This document shows, in pieces, positions 13,627 to 29,360 of a stretch of 64,000 nucleotides of DNA. How positions within the stretch are numbered: position 1 is the stretch's first letter; every line of letters begins with the position of its first letter. The DNA is from Octopus vulgaris (Eukaryota), in contig OX597824.1 of NCBI GenBank assembly GCA_951406725.2, positions 58,156,001 to 58,220,000 of the forward strand. The letters are read 5' to 3'. The translations under genes and the position numbers were made by a program. The notes beneath the pieces are model-generated. The model was given only the letters and a program-made list of their open reading frames with translations, made no database searches and was not told the origin of the DNA.

Positions 13627-14031
13627 CATATTTACATATCACATGTGCTGATGATAGACTAGAGCCCACACTACACACAACATGCACCTCTCCTAGCCAT
13701 TAACAGTATATATAAAAGTTGAATTTATACAAGCTGGTTGGAACCCAGATGGATTCTATCAAAAACTCATTACGATTATTGAAATTAAGCATTAGATTAG
13801 TGTTTAATAAACGCAAACATAAAAGAATAAACTTTTGCTTGCTAAGCATACATGTGTGTGTGTGTGTGTGTGAATGTATATTAACACACGTATATATATC
13901 GATTATATGTGTTTGTGTTTGCAATTATTCCTGCTTACAAAATACGTACAGATTGGGTAAGTTTGTGTGTGTGTGTGCATGCGTGTGTGTGTATGTGTGT
14001 GTGTGTGTGTATGCGTGTATGTGTGTGTGTA

Positions 14032-14064
<33 letters not shown>

Positions 14065-14624
14065 AGTGTACATCTGCATATGTATGTGTATAGATGTGAA
14101 AAACTATTTTTTCTTATTGTATAATATGAGATCAATGGCTGTGTATTAAAATCACGCAGAATGCTTTGTATGTGTAACTGTGAGAGTCCCGAAAATAAAC
14201 AAAAAAGAAAAAAACTCTTTGCATATTTTCCAACTCTGTACATTCCGAGTTCAAACCCCATGTGGTCGATACAGAAAAAAGAAAGAACCAGTCTGGTAAT
14301 AAAGTTGACATAACCGACTAAACCTCTCTCCTCAGGTTTACATGCCCTGTACATGTATTAGAATCAAGTGTGTGATTGTAATGAATGCCTATTATGTTAT
14401 AATTCCTTTGGATATTTTACAGTCAATTTAAGCGATACCTCAGACGTTACTGGTACATAAAGAGATAGGAGATAAACGTAAGTCGATTATAGTAGGCCTC
14501 GAGCTCATTGTAATATTATTAGTTACTTATCCTTCGTTATTAAATCCGAGTCTGTGTTACAAGCACACGCTCATGGATAAATGCGAATATGTGTGCATTA
14601 CATATATATACACACACACACATT

Positions 14625-14776
14625 TGGATGTGTCGTAAGAAGCTTTGATCCTAACCACACGATTCCTAGTTCAGTCCCTCTGCATGGCAGCTTGGGCAAG
14701 TGTCTTCTCATATGTTAGCCCCTGGCGACAAAAGCCTTGTGAGTGGATTTTTTAGAAGAAAACTGAAAAACCTGTC

Positions 14777-14780
<4 letters not shown>
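14625..14780 (+). mobile_element. SINE family A, 5' half
   Basis: gttcagtccc..cttgggcaagtgtcttct..aaagccttgtgagtggattt..aaactgaa..gtcgta, then (AT)n. Confidence 0.7.
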
Positions 14781-14823
<43 letters not shown>

Positions 14824-15293
14824 CATACGTACATGTATATGTATGTATGTATGTATGTATGTGAGGAAGTTTTATCATTTTAATTCATTCTTTATTTCCC
14901 TAAACTATAAAGCCTATCATATTTGTCAAACATACTAAAAAAAGGTAAAGAAGCAATACTTTCTAAGACCATTTCAATTATATTTGAAAGTACAGTTTTG
15001 ATTAAATGGCTGGATTACACTGGAAATACCACAGGTCCTGTTAGTAATTATTATCAATACCACTTAATAATGCTGAGCTCAATATCTGATGAAGTTCTTG
15101 TTCTCAATAATATTTAATTAACAATAGCAAAATCAGCAAAAAAACCCCCAAAAACCAAAAGAATGAAGAAAGGTAATGTCTATAGAATTCTTCAAAGGCA
15201 AAGCAACCCTTATTAACAAATATTGAACTAAGTAGCGTATGTTAAAAGGTCACTAAATTCACAGGGCATCAAACACGCACGCGCGCACGCACG

Positions 15294-15407
<114 letters not shown>

Positions 15408-16271
15408 TGGCTCTTCAGATCCCTTTGTTTCTATGACAATGTAGACAGAAATCATTTGACTAACTGCCAAAACTCTTTAAATGGTGGCTTGTCAATTTCT
15501 GGATGGAAGGGAGATCTTATTGTTAGGGACAGACTGCCTTGTACTATTTAATTACATTCTGGCTGGGGTGAACTTGCCTTTCTTCCTTCAAGGTATAGTG
15601 TGGTCGCCTATGCTCTGCGTACAATAGTTTGACCCTTTATCTGTTTCATATTATTTTTAACGTAGAGAGTGTCGTTTTATACTGCATGCATCCTTTTGAT
15701 GGAGTTTCAATCCTGAATGAAACAAAAATCGAGATAAAGGCCCCGGCATCTGGAATGTCATCAGTAATTCACAGTCAGGTAACGTAGTTGCTGGTACGTG
15801 GCATATTAAGCAAGGAAATCGTTCTGTAATGCACTCATTCGTTAGTCCGAGGAGGTCTATGAAGAACATGTAAAGCAACTGTTGGCATGTGTAGGGTAGA
15901 CCTGGTTGTCATATGTAGGGGAAAACCAAGTACATCACAATTATCTTTCAGTTTCCTTTCATTCGTCGGAAAGATAGATTTTGTTTGTATAGCAGCCGAA
16001 GTGAAAGAAATTTTATCGGAGACAAAGTTAAAAGCACTGGAAAGACACCTCCCCTTTGGTCAATCGCGCATAAGTATAACGATGAAGGTTATGGTGGAGT
16101 GGGAGTTGATACGCTCTGGTGAATGTACTGAAAAATGAGTGAGAGTAGCAAGATTGACCGTTGTGAATAGACCTGCTCTGCTTTTCATCTACTGCAGCTG
16201 CATAAAATAAATACCAGAGTTATAATAGTGTCCATTTTAATATTTTACATAATTTTCTTTTAAATTTGCAA

Positions 16272-16371
16272 NNNNNNNNNNNNNNNNNNNNNNNNNNNNN
16301 NNNNNNNNNNNNNNNNNNNNNNNNNNNNNNNNNNNNNNNNNNNNNNNNNNNNNNNNNNNNNNNNNNNNNNN
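16272..16371. other. Assembly gap (100 N)
   Basis: Run of exactly 100 N, a typical placeholder for a gap of unknown size. Confidence 0.99.
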
Positions 16372-17294
16372 TTGTAGTTGTATAGCTAGTAAGTAGTAGT
16401 TATGGGAGCAGTAGTAATACTAGTCTAAAATATGACAACAAATCAACACTAGAGTCTCAACAGATGTTTAGAATATGCTTGACACACATGTACGCACGCA
16501 CACAAACGCACACGCATACACATGTATTCCTTTTTCCCTCTTTGTATGTGCGTATGCATAGATAAAGGCATCTACATGTGTATGTGTATGTGTATGTATA
16601 TAAGTATGTATGTATATATATATGCATATGCAAATATAAAATATATACAAGTGCGATTATATACATTCACGTATCAATGTATCTATGTATGTATGTATCT
16701 ATGTATGTATGTACGAGTGTATGCGTGTGTGTGTATACGGATAGTGAATGACTGGCAATATTATCTAGTCAATTGCTAGAATCTGATTTGAGAAAAATTT
16801 GACTGCTATTTCCAGCATATTGAGCGGGCAAGTAGTGAACGGAAGGAGTAGTCAAAGTAGATGTAGAATGAGAAGGCGGAGTAGTAGCGGGAGTAGTGTG
16901 AGTTGGAACGAGGGTGTGCGTGTGTGACCAAACAGGATGTTGGTGTTGCTGGTGGTGCGGGCGACAAATTTTATAGGTTTCGTAGAATAAATGTATAAGG
17001 GACGATAAAATATTTAGTCGAATAGAAGAATAAAGGATTAGTGGTGTTGAGTGAAACTCGGGAATACATCCGTCCTCTTACTCGCGTAACAAGATGGAGT
17101 CAACACACAAGGATATCTCGCCCTAACACACACATTACACAACAAACTTTTACTACTGCTGCTGCTGTTGCCGCTGATGCCATGTTTCTGCAACTATTAT
17201 TGTAGTTGTTTTTGTTAATGTAAGGTGTACACCGGACTGAGGATATGTATGTAAGCAACGGGTTTTGTTTATTGTATCATCACCACCACTATCG

Positions 17295-17348
<54 letters not shown>

Positions 17349-17945
17349 CCATCACCATCATCGTCGTCGTCATCATTGTCGTAGTCGTTACTGTTATTAT
17401 CATCCCTCCACGGCGCCGTGAGCCTCATTATCGTCTTCATTATTATTATAATTGTCGCCATTAATCACCATCAACATGTTCTTCTTCCTCCTCCTCTTCC
17501 ATCCCCTTCTCCTCCACCTCATCAATATCTTTAACGTCATCATCATCGTCAACATCATCATTCTCGTCACAATCGTCAGCTATATCATTGTGATCATCGT
17601 ACAGTCTATTTTTATTTTCATACTTTTGTGCTACAGTCGCTCGTTGTTAAGAAATCTCAATCATAGAACGAATTCCACATCCATATCATTGGCCAGCATA
17701 CAACACTCTATCATAATAATAATAATGATAATAAGGAGGAAGGTGGGAGGAAAAGAGAGATTATTATTGGAGTCTATATTATTAAAATATTAACCATTGT
17801 TGACATCGATAGCAACAACAACAATAACAACACCAGTAGATACAACTACCAGGTTATAAGAGAACCGTCTTAGTCGTAACATCAACGTAGCAACGTTAAA
17901 ATGTAATGAAACTATAACGCAATAATAAACGCAAAGACACCTGCA

Positions 17946-17998
<53 letters not shown>

Positions 17999-18131
17999 AC
18001 AAACACACATACATACGTACACATGAAATAAGCATGTATACACGCATGTAAATGTATATACATACATATATATATATATATGTGTTTAGCCCCTTGTGGG
18101 CAGTAGTGAAATACATATATATATATATATG

Positions 18132-18177
<46 letters not shown>

Positions 18178-18550
18178 CAGTCTGTATGTGTATATATATA
18201 TGTATACATGCATATATATATAGATACACACATGTATGTCTGTATGTATTTATGTCTGTATATATATATATGTGTGTGTGTGTATATATGCATACATACG
18301 TACATATATATGTATATGAATACGTACGTACGTACATACACGTATGTGTCTATATCTATGCACACACATATACGCATATTCATAATATTATATATCATAT
18401 ATATATGCACGTATATGCTTGCACAGACACACACATATACTTGTTTATAGAAATGTGTGTATACGTTTGTACATATGTATATGAGCATATAATGTATACG
18501 CATTACATACATATATACATATATATATATACACACACACACACACATCC

Positions 18551-18626
<76 letters not shown>

Positions 18627-18746
18627 AATTGCGAAGATGATCCGGTTCTTGATTGAAGACTGAAGGCTTCGAATGTCCCGTCCGTGTTTTTTGTATCGTC
18701 TTCTAAATGTTTTACGTTCTTGTCCCAGTTTGATTTTTTTACATTT

Positions 18747-18782
<36 letters not shown>

Positions 18783-20209
18783 GTATATATAATTAATAAT
18801 ATCAGGGTAATAAAGATTTTAGAACTTTTTACTACCGGTGGCCTAGCGTATAGAGAAATTAGTCAATAGACTATATATTATCCATATAAAATACAGTGTA
18901 CATTTAAACACATTAAGAGATGTCCATTATAGGACTCCCTTACGCTAGAAAGAACAGCTAAAATCCAAACCACTAATTAGAGATGAAATTTCCTGAACCG
19001 GTTTCTGACATCTTTTAGCAAATATATATATTTATACTTTTATATGCATGCATATATATATATTAATACACACACACACACACATATAAATGTATATACA
19101 CGCACACATATATATGTATTTGTTTTGCAAGATTCTTGATGTGAATCCGTGTGTTGAAACGTTGCTATACTTGGTAATGGTCATATTTCGCCAGTTAAAC
19201 ACACGCAATGTATCTATCTATCTGTTTGACTGTCTGTATGTATGCATGAATGAAATTTGCATGGACATTCGCACGTGTGTGTATTTGAGTGCGCTTGTTC
19301 GTTGAAACAATGGGATTTACCATGTGATGAATGTACTTATCATGATCATCAGGATCATCATCATCTTCACCGTCGTTCGTTTTAACTAATTTTACTTCCC
19401 TATTTTTCTTCCTAATTCTTTGTTAAATTGACGTAAACAAATGTTTGTCCTGCGAATTCCCACCTACCCCATTCCTCTTCTATCCACCCCTGTACCACCC
19501 TGCTTAGTTATGTAGTCATATTAATATATGTTGTGTTCGCGAGAGGGTGAGAGATGGAGAGAGAGTTAGAATGAGAGTATGTTTATGTGTGGGAGAGGAG
19601 GAAGGAGTACAGAACGAAATTATATTTTTATGTCGGTATATCAAAATAACAGGCAAAGAACCAATCAAATTTTGAGTTGTTTCTCTACCTACCCATCTAT
19701 CAACCTACCTACCTATATACCCGTAATGAACCAGTGAGAGGGTGGAGCTAATTACTAATTAAATTGTTCATACAAGCGATCTGAAGATCAAAATCAACAA
19801 ACAAATTAAACAGAAAGAACAATGACACAAAGGTGACAAATATTTAGGGGGCAGAAAATATATGGGGCCTAGGAGTTCACTGGTACTGATGTGATTGATC
19901 CTCAAAAGGTGAAAGATAAAGTCAGTGTCAGCAAGACTTCAATTCGGTTACGGCAGAGTTGGAATAATAATTATATCAATATTAATGATGATGGTGATGG
20001 TGATATTTACCATAGGCAGGGATTTTGGGGGAAGTTGTTGTGAATGGGATGGACTCACAGTTCATGGCTGTGATATATTACATCGACCCCGCTGAGAGAG
20101 GGATGAAGTGTACATACCCAGGATTTGAACACAGACCGTAAAAGGGACATAATTAAGTATTGAGTGATATTGTGTTGCTTCATCGATTTTACCATGAAAA
20201 GTATAACAT

Positions 20210-20275
<66 letters not shown>

Positions 20276-20654
20276 AATCAATCATATATATATATATATA
20301 TATAATATACGTTTGAATACAAACAAATGCATATAAATAACGGTGTGTGTACACACACACATGCACACGCACAAACACACACACGCACACAAACACCCTT
20401 CACTCCTTGTTTTGTTTGTTGATGTGTTTTCGTTAATTATTCTGGTTTATTAATTTAATTTTATTGTTGCACTCCACTACACTTTTGTTTGTTTGTTTCT
20501 TTCTTTCTCCCCTCTCTCACTATATCGCCTCTACTTTCCTGAATCTATTATTTCTATCAGTATATATTTATGCGTTTGTATGTGTGAGAGTATGTATGTG
20601 ATAGATATGTTGAATTTGGGCATGTATGTAGCCATATATGTATGTGAGTTTATG

Positions 20655-20715
<61 letters not shown>

Positions 20716-20718
<3 letters not shown>

Positions 20719-20881
20719 GGAGTAAGCACACAAGGTGGAAAAAAGAGTACTCAAATACTAGAGGTGAGAGTAATATGCATTCCTGTTCGTCGGACAGTTT
20801 TGTTAACAAAACTGTCGACGAACGGGAACGTGAAACTCTGAGTAACAGCTTTTGTTATATTTCTGCTGCTTTTAAAATAAA

Positions 20882-20882
<1 letters not shown>
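20716..20882. repeat. Fold-back element carrying the hammerhead; same family as 28912-29040
   Basis: Internal palindrome at 20780-20828. Its ends (taccggagtaa..aaggtggaaaaaagagtactcaaatac and tttctgctgc..aaataaag) match 28912-29040 in reverse. Flanked by (AT)n. Confidence 0.75.
20804..20857 (+). ncRNA. Minimal type I hammerhead ribozyme motif with a 1-nt core deletion, in the intron upstream of the Six1/2 exon
   Basis: taacaaaactgt-C.GACGA-acg(ggaa)cgt-GAAA-ctctgag-TA-acagcttttgtta: 12-bp stem I with one bulge, 3-bp stem II with a GGAA loop, self-complementary stem III actc-t-gagt, GUA triplet. Confidence 0.65.
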
Positions 20883-20916
<34 letters not shown>

Positions 20917-20993
20917 TGTGTGTGTGTGTGCACGCGTGTGTATGCGCGTGTATTTTCATTTCTTAATTATGATGTTGATGATGATGAAGTTGA

Positions 20994-21727
<734 letters not shown>

Positions 21728-21735
21728 GTGTTCAG

Positions 21736-21819
<84 letters not shown>

Positions 21820-22282
21820 ATTGTTGTTATTATTGTGTAGAATAAAATACAAACAAGTTATGCAAAAGTAAAGAAGATATTGGAAAGTTGGGAAAGTAAT
21901 TTTGTCATCTGCTCTGCTTGCTTTCGTAGATTTTATGTTGTTTTTTTTGGTGTGTGTTTATGTATGTAAGTATGTGTGACTCTATGTAAGTATGATATGG
22001 ATTTATATAAATGTATACATTTGAAGAATGTATGGTAGTCAAAATAATATATAACTTGTTTCTGAATTTTTTCTTACATACACATTTACACACATATTTA
22101 TATACACACATATAGATAGACACATATGTATGTGTTCTTATAAAACAATGGCAAATACTAATGGAAAATTTCACACGTGCGCACGCGCTCACACAGATAT
22201 TATACACGTGTTGTGTAAATGGGTATATATATGCATGTGTAGTATAAGTGGGTATGTATGACTGTATATATATTTATACATT

Positions 22283-22333
<51 letters not shown>

Positions 22334-22392
22334 CTAAACTAGTATTAGTAAGGAATTCTATAGTGGCATGTTCTGTAATATCATGCATTGCT

Positions 22393-22449
<57 letters not shown>

Positions 22450-22940
22450 CGAACACTTTTGTGATACTGATGCTTGTACACCGGGGTCCCTACGGGAGCC
22501 ATGCTGGAGCACCATCAAATGGTGTTGACAATGAAATCTAATACAGCATACAATGAATTAACTATATCGTTAATTACTGATAGCAATAATGTATTGTATA
22601 GTTACACAAAAAGGCAAACTACTCACCACGTTTGTGTAAATGTGTTTGCATGTGGTACTCGCACACCCACACCCACAAACACGCACGCACACACATATTG
22701 TGTATGTTAATATATAAAAGTGTATAAATATATATAAATAGACTTATATATTCATATAAATATTTACATATATTCATACACACACGCATACACACAATCA
22801 TAATTTTAAGACATTGATATTGCTACATACACAACAAACGAATATACATACATATGTGTCTTACAGGTACAAGCATGCAAACATTTGGAATATAAATTTG
22901 CTTTGACTGAGAATAATTATTATTCCCCCCATACTCATTC

Positions 22941-23006
<66 letters not shown>

Positions 23007-25233
23007 ATACAGTCCCACGACGGTTGTAAGAACAATACAAGAGAAATAAACTAGATATATTTCATTACTGTACATATTTATGTTTTAAATATATACCTAT
23101 ATTTGACATTTATACATTAGAATATATTATGCACACATACATAAAACTATTTACACACACACACATATATATATATATGCGAAACAAATGCTAATGGTGG
23201 ACGAGTGAGTTAAAATATATTAATTACACACATATAATCACATAACATTCACAGAAACCGCACGTGTTATATAGATCAAACTTTACACCCGTATATATGT
23301 AGAACAAAGCATCATATATATTAACCTGTATATACAATACATCGTATATAAAGATTAAAGTATATAACATTTACATTTTATATTAAAAGCGAATTATAAA
23401 CGATTTATACACTTCGCTCAGTGACTTTTACATTCACATAGTGTGTGCATAATTTTATTTTCTATAGAAAATACTATGTACAACATAGCATGTAAATATT
23501 TCTTTAAAAATTCGCAATTTATATGCACATAAATCAGCATAACATTTTACATAAGCATATCATTGTAGATAATGAGTTTTATATTGTTCAATACCGAACA
23601 GAATTTACTTAAATACTGGCTGATAGGCAGAGAAGGATACACACACACATGCATGCAAAAATATGTATATGCATATGAACATACATATGTGCATAAATAT
23701 ATATACACGCATAAATATACACGCAAACTTACAAACATGCATGTGTACATACACACATACATGCATAATATACATACGGGATTATCTTAGCGGCCATTCC
23801 AAAGAAACGCTGGAACCAGAAAGTATCCACACCTTCAAAAATAAATACTGGTGGAAACTTTCAATTATAACAACTGGTTGTTAAATATGGTTGCATTTCC
23901 TGTTGAAGGGATTAGATCTCCATAGGAGGACTTGTCAAAAATTGGGGGAAAAGGCGCATCTGTTGAGAACTGGCAAGAAAGCTATAACCTTTACATCCGG
24001 TTTTCATTTGCTCCTCCTATCACAGTCGCACTGCATTAAGTAACAACAGATATGCATTTAAAAATAGATGCCACACTGGTGCATTCCAAATACAATCGAT
24101 TTGTGTTAAAATGAAAATAAGCAAAAGCATTGCAGAAATTCGCAGTGTGAGGTACCTGGAATGAACACGGGCACACAATTACATATACATATGGAATACA
24201 GTGACATACACTTCTGTATAAATATGACATATCAATCCACTATAACAATTCGACATTGTCCACACACAAATACGTACATGTACAAAACTATTTCATATCT
24301 TCACGAAATCCAGCAATTGTCTTCATTCAGAACAAAACAACATTGTTACTCTATCAGTGAATGGCCTGAATTCTTCAAGAATGAATACCAAATATATGCA
24401 TTTGGAAGTATGTGTGTGTGCGCGCGTGCATATATATATATATATATATATATACACAAATCTTGGGACAAGATGTGGTTTTACCGACCCTTTGTGCTAC
24501 AACACGTACAGACGATGATTATGATGGTAATAGTGATGAAATTTATGAATGACTTGTGAACCATTCTCTCTCTCTCTCCTTCTCAGTGCATATGTGTGTG
24601 TGTGCATCTCTCTCTGCTTCTCAGTGCGTGTGTGTGTGTGTGCATCTCTCTCTGCTTCTCAGTGCCTAACATGTATGTAGAAAGAGGGAGAGAAAGAAAT
24701 GTGAATAGAAAAGAAAACTGTAAGGTAATTCAATTTAACAGAAACCAGTACAAGTATTAATATTAAATTAGTATTGAATATTTTCTATTTTCTACATATA
24801 CTTACAGCGTATATACATAGAATGCATGTGTGTGTATATGTGTACCTATGTGCGTAAATGTGTGTGTTTGTATGTGTATAGATGTACATATATATATATA
24901 TGTATACAATAATTTATAATATATTATCATAAGATATATATATATATATATATAATAAATATATATACATACATACGTATATGTACATACCACTATACAT
25001 ATATATATGTATACATGCGTATGTGGGCACAGGACATCACGAAACATGTACAACAAAATCTACGAAGTACAAGAACATGGAATATAAACAATTTTTTTGA
25101 ACAACGATAGACAGAAAGTGAAAACAAGACAATTAATACAAAAACGACCCTTCATTAATTGTTGGCTGTTTTTCTACTCTCGTATTTCAATATCTTTATA
25201 TATATATATGCATATACATAAAAATATAATTGC

Positions 25234-25280
<47 letters not shown>

Positions 25281-25400
25281 TGTATGCATAAATATATATA
25301 TATATATTCATATAATATATATATATAAATATATATATATATTTATATAAATATATAGTTATATATAATTATATGTATATATATATATACATATTTATAT

Positions 25401-25445
<45 letters not shown>

Positions 25446-25556
25446 CATATTTCTATATAAGTATATATTAATATATATATATTTATATATATGTATATAT
25501 ATATATATATTTATATATATATTTCTGTATAAATATATATTAATATATAAATATAA

Positions 25557-25602
<46 letters not shown>

Positions 25603-25653
25603 TTATATATATACTTTTAGATATTTATATATGTATATATATCTATATATAAA

Positions 25654-25688
<35 letters not shown>

Positions 25689-25791
25689 AATTATATATAT
25701 ACATTTATATATTTATATATGTATATATATTTATATATAAATATTTATATATAAATATTTATATATTTATATATATATATATATAGTTATA

Positions 25792-25829
<38 letters not shown>

Positions 25830-26233
25830 AATATATATTTATATATATATATTTATACACATTTATATATATATAGACATATATATATATATGCATAAAT
25901 AAATATATACATATATACATATATATATATATATATGAATATACATTTATATATATATTTACACATACACATGCACACACACATATACCTATCTTTTTAC
26001 AAGTGGATAATTGAATGAGTGGGTTTGTATTGAGTAAATGTTAATAGGGAAATGTAAGAAAATGACTCCATCAAGACTGGCTAAGTAAGAAGCTTTGTGT
26101 TAAATCATACACCTTTCAGTTCATGTACTTTGGACGACACTAAGATTGATAGTCCCCCTGGTTACTTTGTAATTACAGCCTGAAATACTGATATATATAT
26201 ATATATATATATACATACTGTTACATACACACT

Positions 26234-26314
<81 letters not shown>

Positions 26315-26856
26315 TATATATATACAAATATATTGTTACACACACACGTAATTGTACATATTATTTTAAAGGGAATAAATATATTTCGCAATTGTGGTCT
26401 TCACTAACAGCTAATGCGTTCAAAAACTGCTGAGTTCGAATTTATCTTCCAATCTGTACTGATCTATAGAATTTGGGGTATAATAACTATGCCATTAAAT
26501 GATAAAATAGGCTTAATATATGTTATTAAAGAGAGAGTATGAATCAATTAACATTGGTTGCGTAGGTAAATACAAAGATTGTCACATAGACCGAGTTACA
26601 ATGATCACTTTCTCGTTAATCCACTTGTTTAGAGAGTAGATGAGAAATGCAATTCGGGTGTATGTATGCGTGCAGGTATGTGTTTGTGTATATATGGTTT
26701 ACAATAATGTAGGGAAATATTTTTATCTTTTATACTCATATCTGTCTTGCATGCTACCATACACACATATACACAAATATGCTCATATCATATACTCCTG
26801 CGTGAGCATGTATATATATGTATATATTTATTAATGCATACGTATATATACATCTA

Positions 26857-26908
<52 letters not shown>

Positions 26909-27110
26909 TATGTATTTGTATATACACACATGTATATATATGTGTATACATACATATGCCTATACATACATGCACATACACACACACATATATATATAGG
27001 TATGTTTATGTATATAGATACGTGTATATATATATATTTATCCATATGTGTAAGCATTTGTATATACATATTTATACACGTATATACGTATGTATATGTA
27101 TATAGATGTT

Positions 27111-27159
<49 letters not shown>

Positions 27160-28125
27160 GCATACATACATACAAACATTCATACATAAACTTAGATAAA
27201 ATAAATATATGTATCGCATATAGTGTATCAATATGACAAGTGTTCTATGACTTTAAATTTCATGGTATATAGTGCATTCTTCAGATGGATGTGTTTCCGT
27301 GACGGTTTATTTTGATAGACGTCTTGTCCCGTTTCATATAAATATGTAAAAATATATACCAATATATAACTGTAGTGTAGTAACGATTTTATCCACAAAC
27401 ACACAGACAGACACTCACGCATTTCTCCTGTCACGTGAATATTGGAAAAAATATTCACTCAAGTCAGTATGTATGTGTGCGTGTGTGTCATTGTGAGTGT
27501 GTTCATGTATGTATGTGCGTTTATAAAATATATATCTATGTACATATTAGCTTGTATGTTTGTATACTTCTATCTGTTTATTCATTTCAAATGATGCTAT
27601 CTGGTTTAAGTACACCTCGAATAAATTTAAAAACAAATAAATGACATATACTTGTGTGTATATGTTTGAGTATGCATTTGTATAATGGATATAGATGACA
27701 TACATATATGTAAGTACGTATGTATGCTTATATGTTTATTTGTATGTATGTATGTATGTATGTATGTATGTATGTATGTATGTATGCATGCATGTATGTA
27801 TGTATGTATGTATGTATGTCTGTATGTATGTATGTATGTATGTATGTATGTATGCATGTATGTATGTATGTATGTATGTATGTATGAGATTAACAACAAC
27901 GATAATGATAGAAAAGTTATTTTCTAACAAAGGATTGGATGTTAATATTCTCAGTATTAAAATTATCTTCGACGGGGATTGTGGCTTTAAGACAAAATCA
28001 TGTACAAAAGGCATAGTTATAAGTTCTATATTAAACAGTTTCATATTAGTAATTGATAAGTCAAAAATCAACGCAGGGTTTCTTACAGGCATGTCTCCAC
28101 ACGTACACATAGGTTCATATATCAT

Positions 28126-28196
<71 letters not shown>

Positions 28197-28486
28197 CACA
28201 CACATATATTTGCAGATATGGGGGAACAATGGAACAGCTTTTCTCTCAAGCATGTTATTAAATTACGTCTATGAAGTATGGAAACACCAGAATAGAATAG
28301 TGGATACATGGATATAGATCTATATTTAACAAAGCATTCGCAATCAGCCGCTAATGCATACGTATAAAGGGACACATATAAGCACATAAAACACACCTTC
28401 ATTTTTCATATTTAGGTAAGTGTATGTGTTGTGTATGTATATACATACATGCATATATTTTGTGTGTATATATATGTGTGTTTGTG

Positions 28487-28536
<50 letters not shown>

Positions 28537-28865
28537 TATGTATATATAACTACATATGTGTGTATATATATGCATATATATACATACATACATACATACA
28601 TACATTCTTACACACACACACACACACACACACGTACATACATGCATATACATGGAGAAAGAGAGAGGGAGAGTGTGTGAAACAAAGATTGATGTATTTA
28701 CCTATTCAAGACAATTAAAATATCTATAAAGCTTAATTTTTTCCCAATTTAATTGCTTTTCTTATTTTACTCTTAGTTGAAAAAGTCTAAAATGACTGAA
28801 ACCGGAACTAAAATGTACATCATGATAAAATTATTTTTGCATTTTCTACCTTGTCTTATTTTCAT

Positions 28866-28911
<46 letters not shown>

Positions 28912-28913
<2 letters not shown>

Positions 28914-29035
28914 TTTATTTAAAGCAGCAGAAAATTCAACTGAATTTTCTGCTGGTTTAAATAAAATATATTACTCTACCACTGGTATTTGAGTACTCTT
29001 TTTTCCACCTTGTTTCACATTTATGTGTTTACTCC

Positions 29036-29040
<5 letters not shown>
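28912..29040. repeat. Fold-back element, centrally deleted relative of 20716-20882
   Basis: Hairpin tttatttaaagcagcagaaaattca-ac-tgaattttctgctggtttaaataaa, then the reverse complement of 20716-20776. Flanked by (AT)n. Confidence 0.75.
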
Positions 29041-29089
<49 letters not shown>

Positions 29090-29113
29090 TATATGTATGT
29101 ACATGTATTTATA

Positions 29114-29190
<77 letters not shown>

Positions 29191-29311
29191 ATATGAATTT
29201 AAATAATAAGGGAAAAAAATTGAATATTAATTTGATTAATATCAATTTAAACCGGTGGCCTAGTATATAGAAAAAATCTGAAGATTCAGAAAATGCATGT
29301 AATATATATAT

Positions 29312-29360
<49 letters not shown>

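Noticed and set aside
14331-14340. SIX/MEF3-like autoregulatory site (TCAGGTTT)
   Set aside because: A single short match inside a degenerate SINE-like sequence; expected by chance in 64 kb.
15480-16200. Possible decayed LINE endonuclease region on the minus strand
   Set aside because: Higher-complexity sequence, but I could not recover any unambiguous motif by eye.
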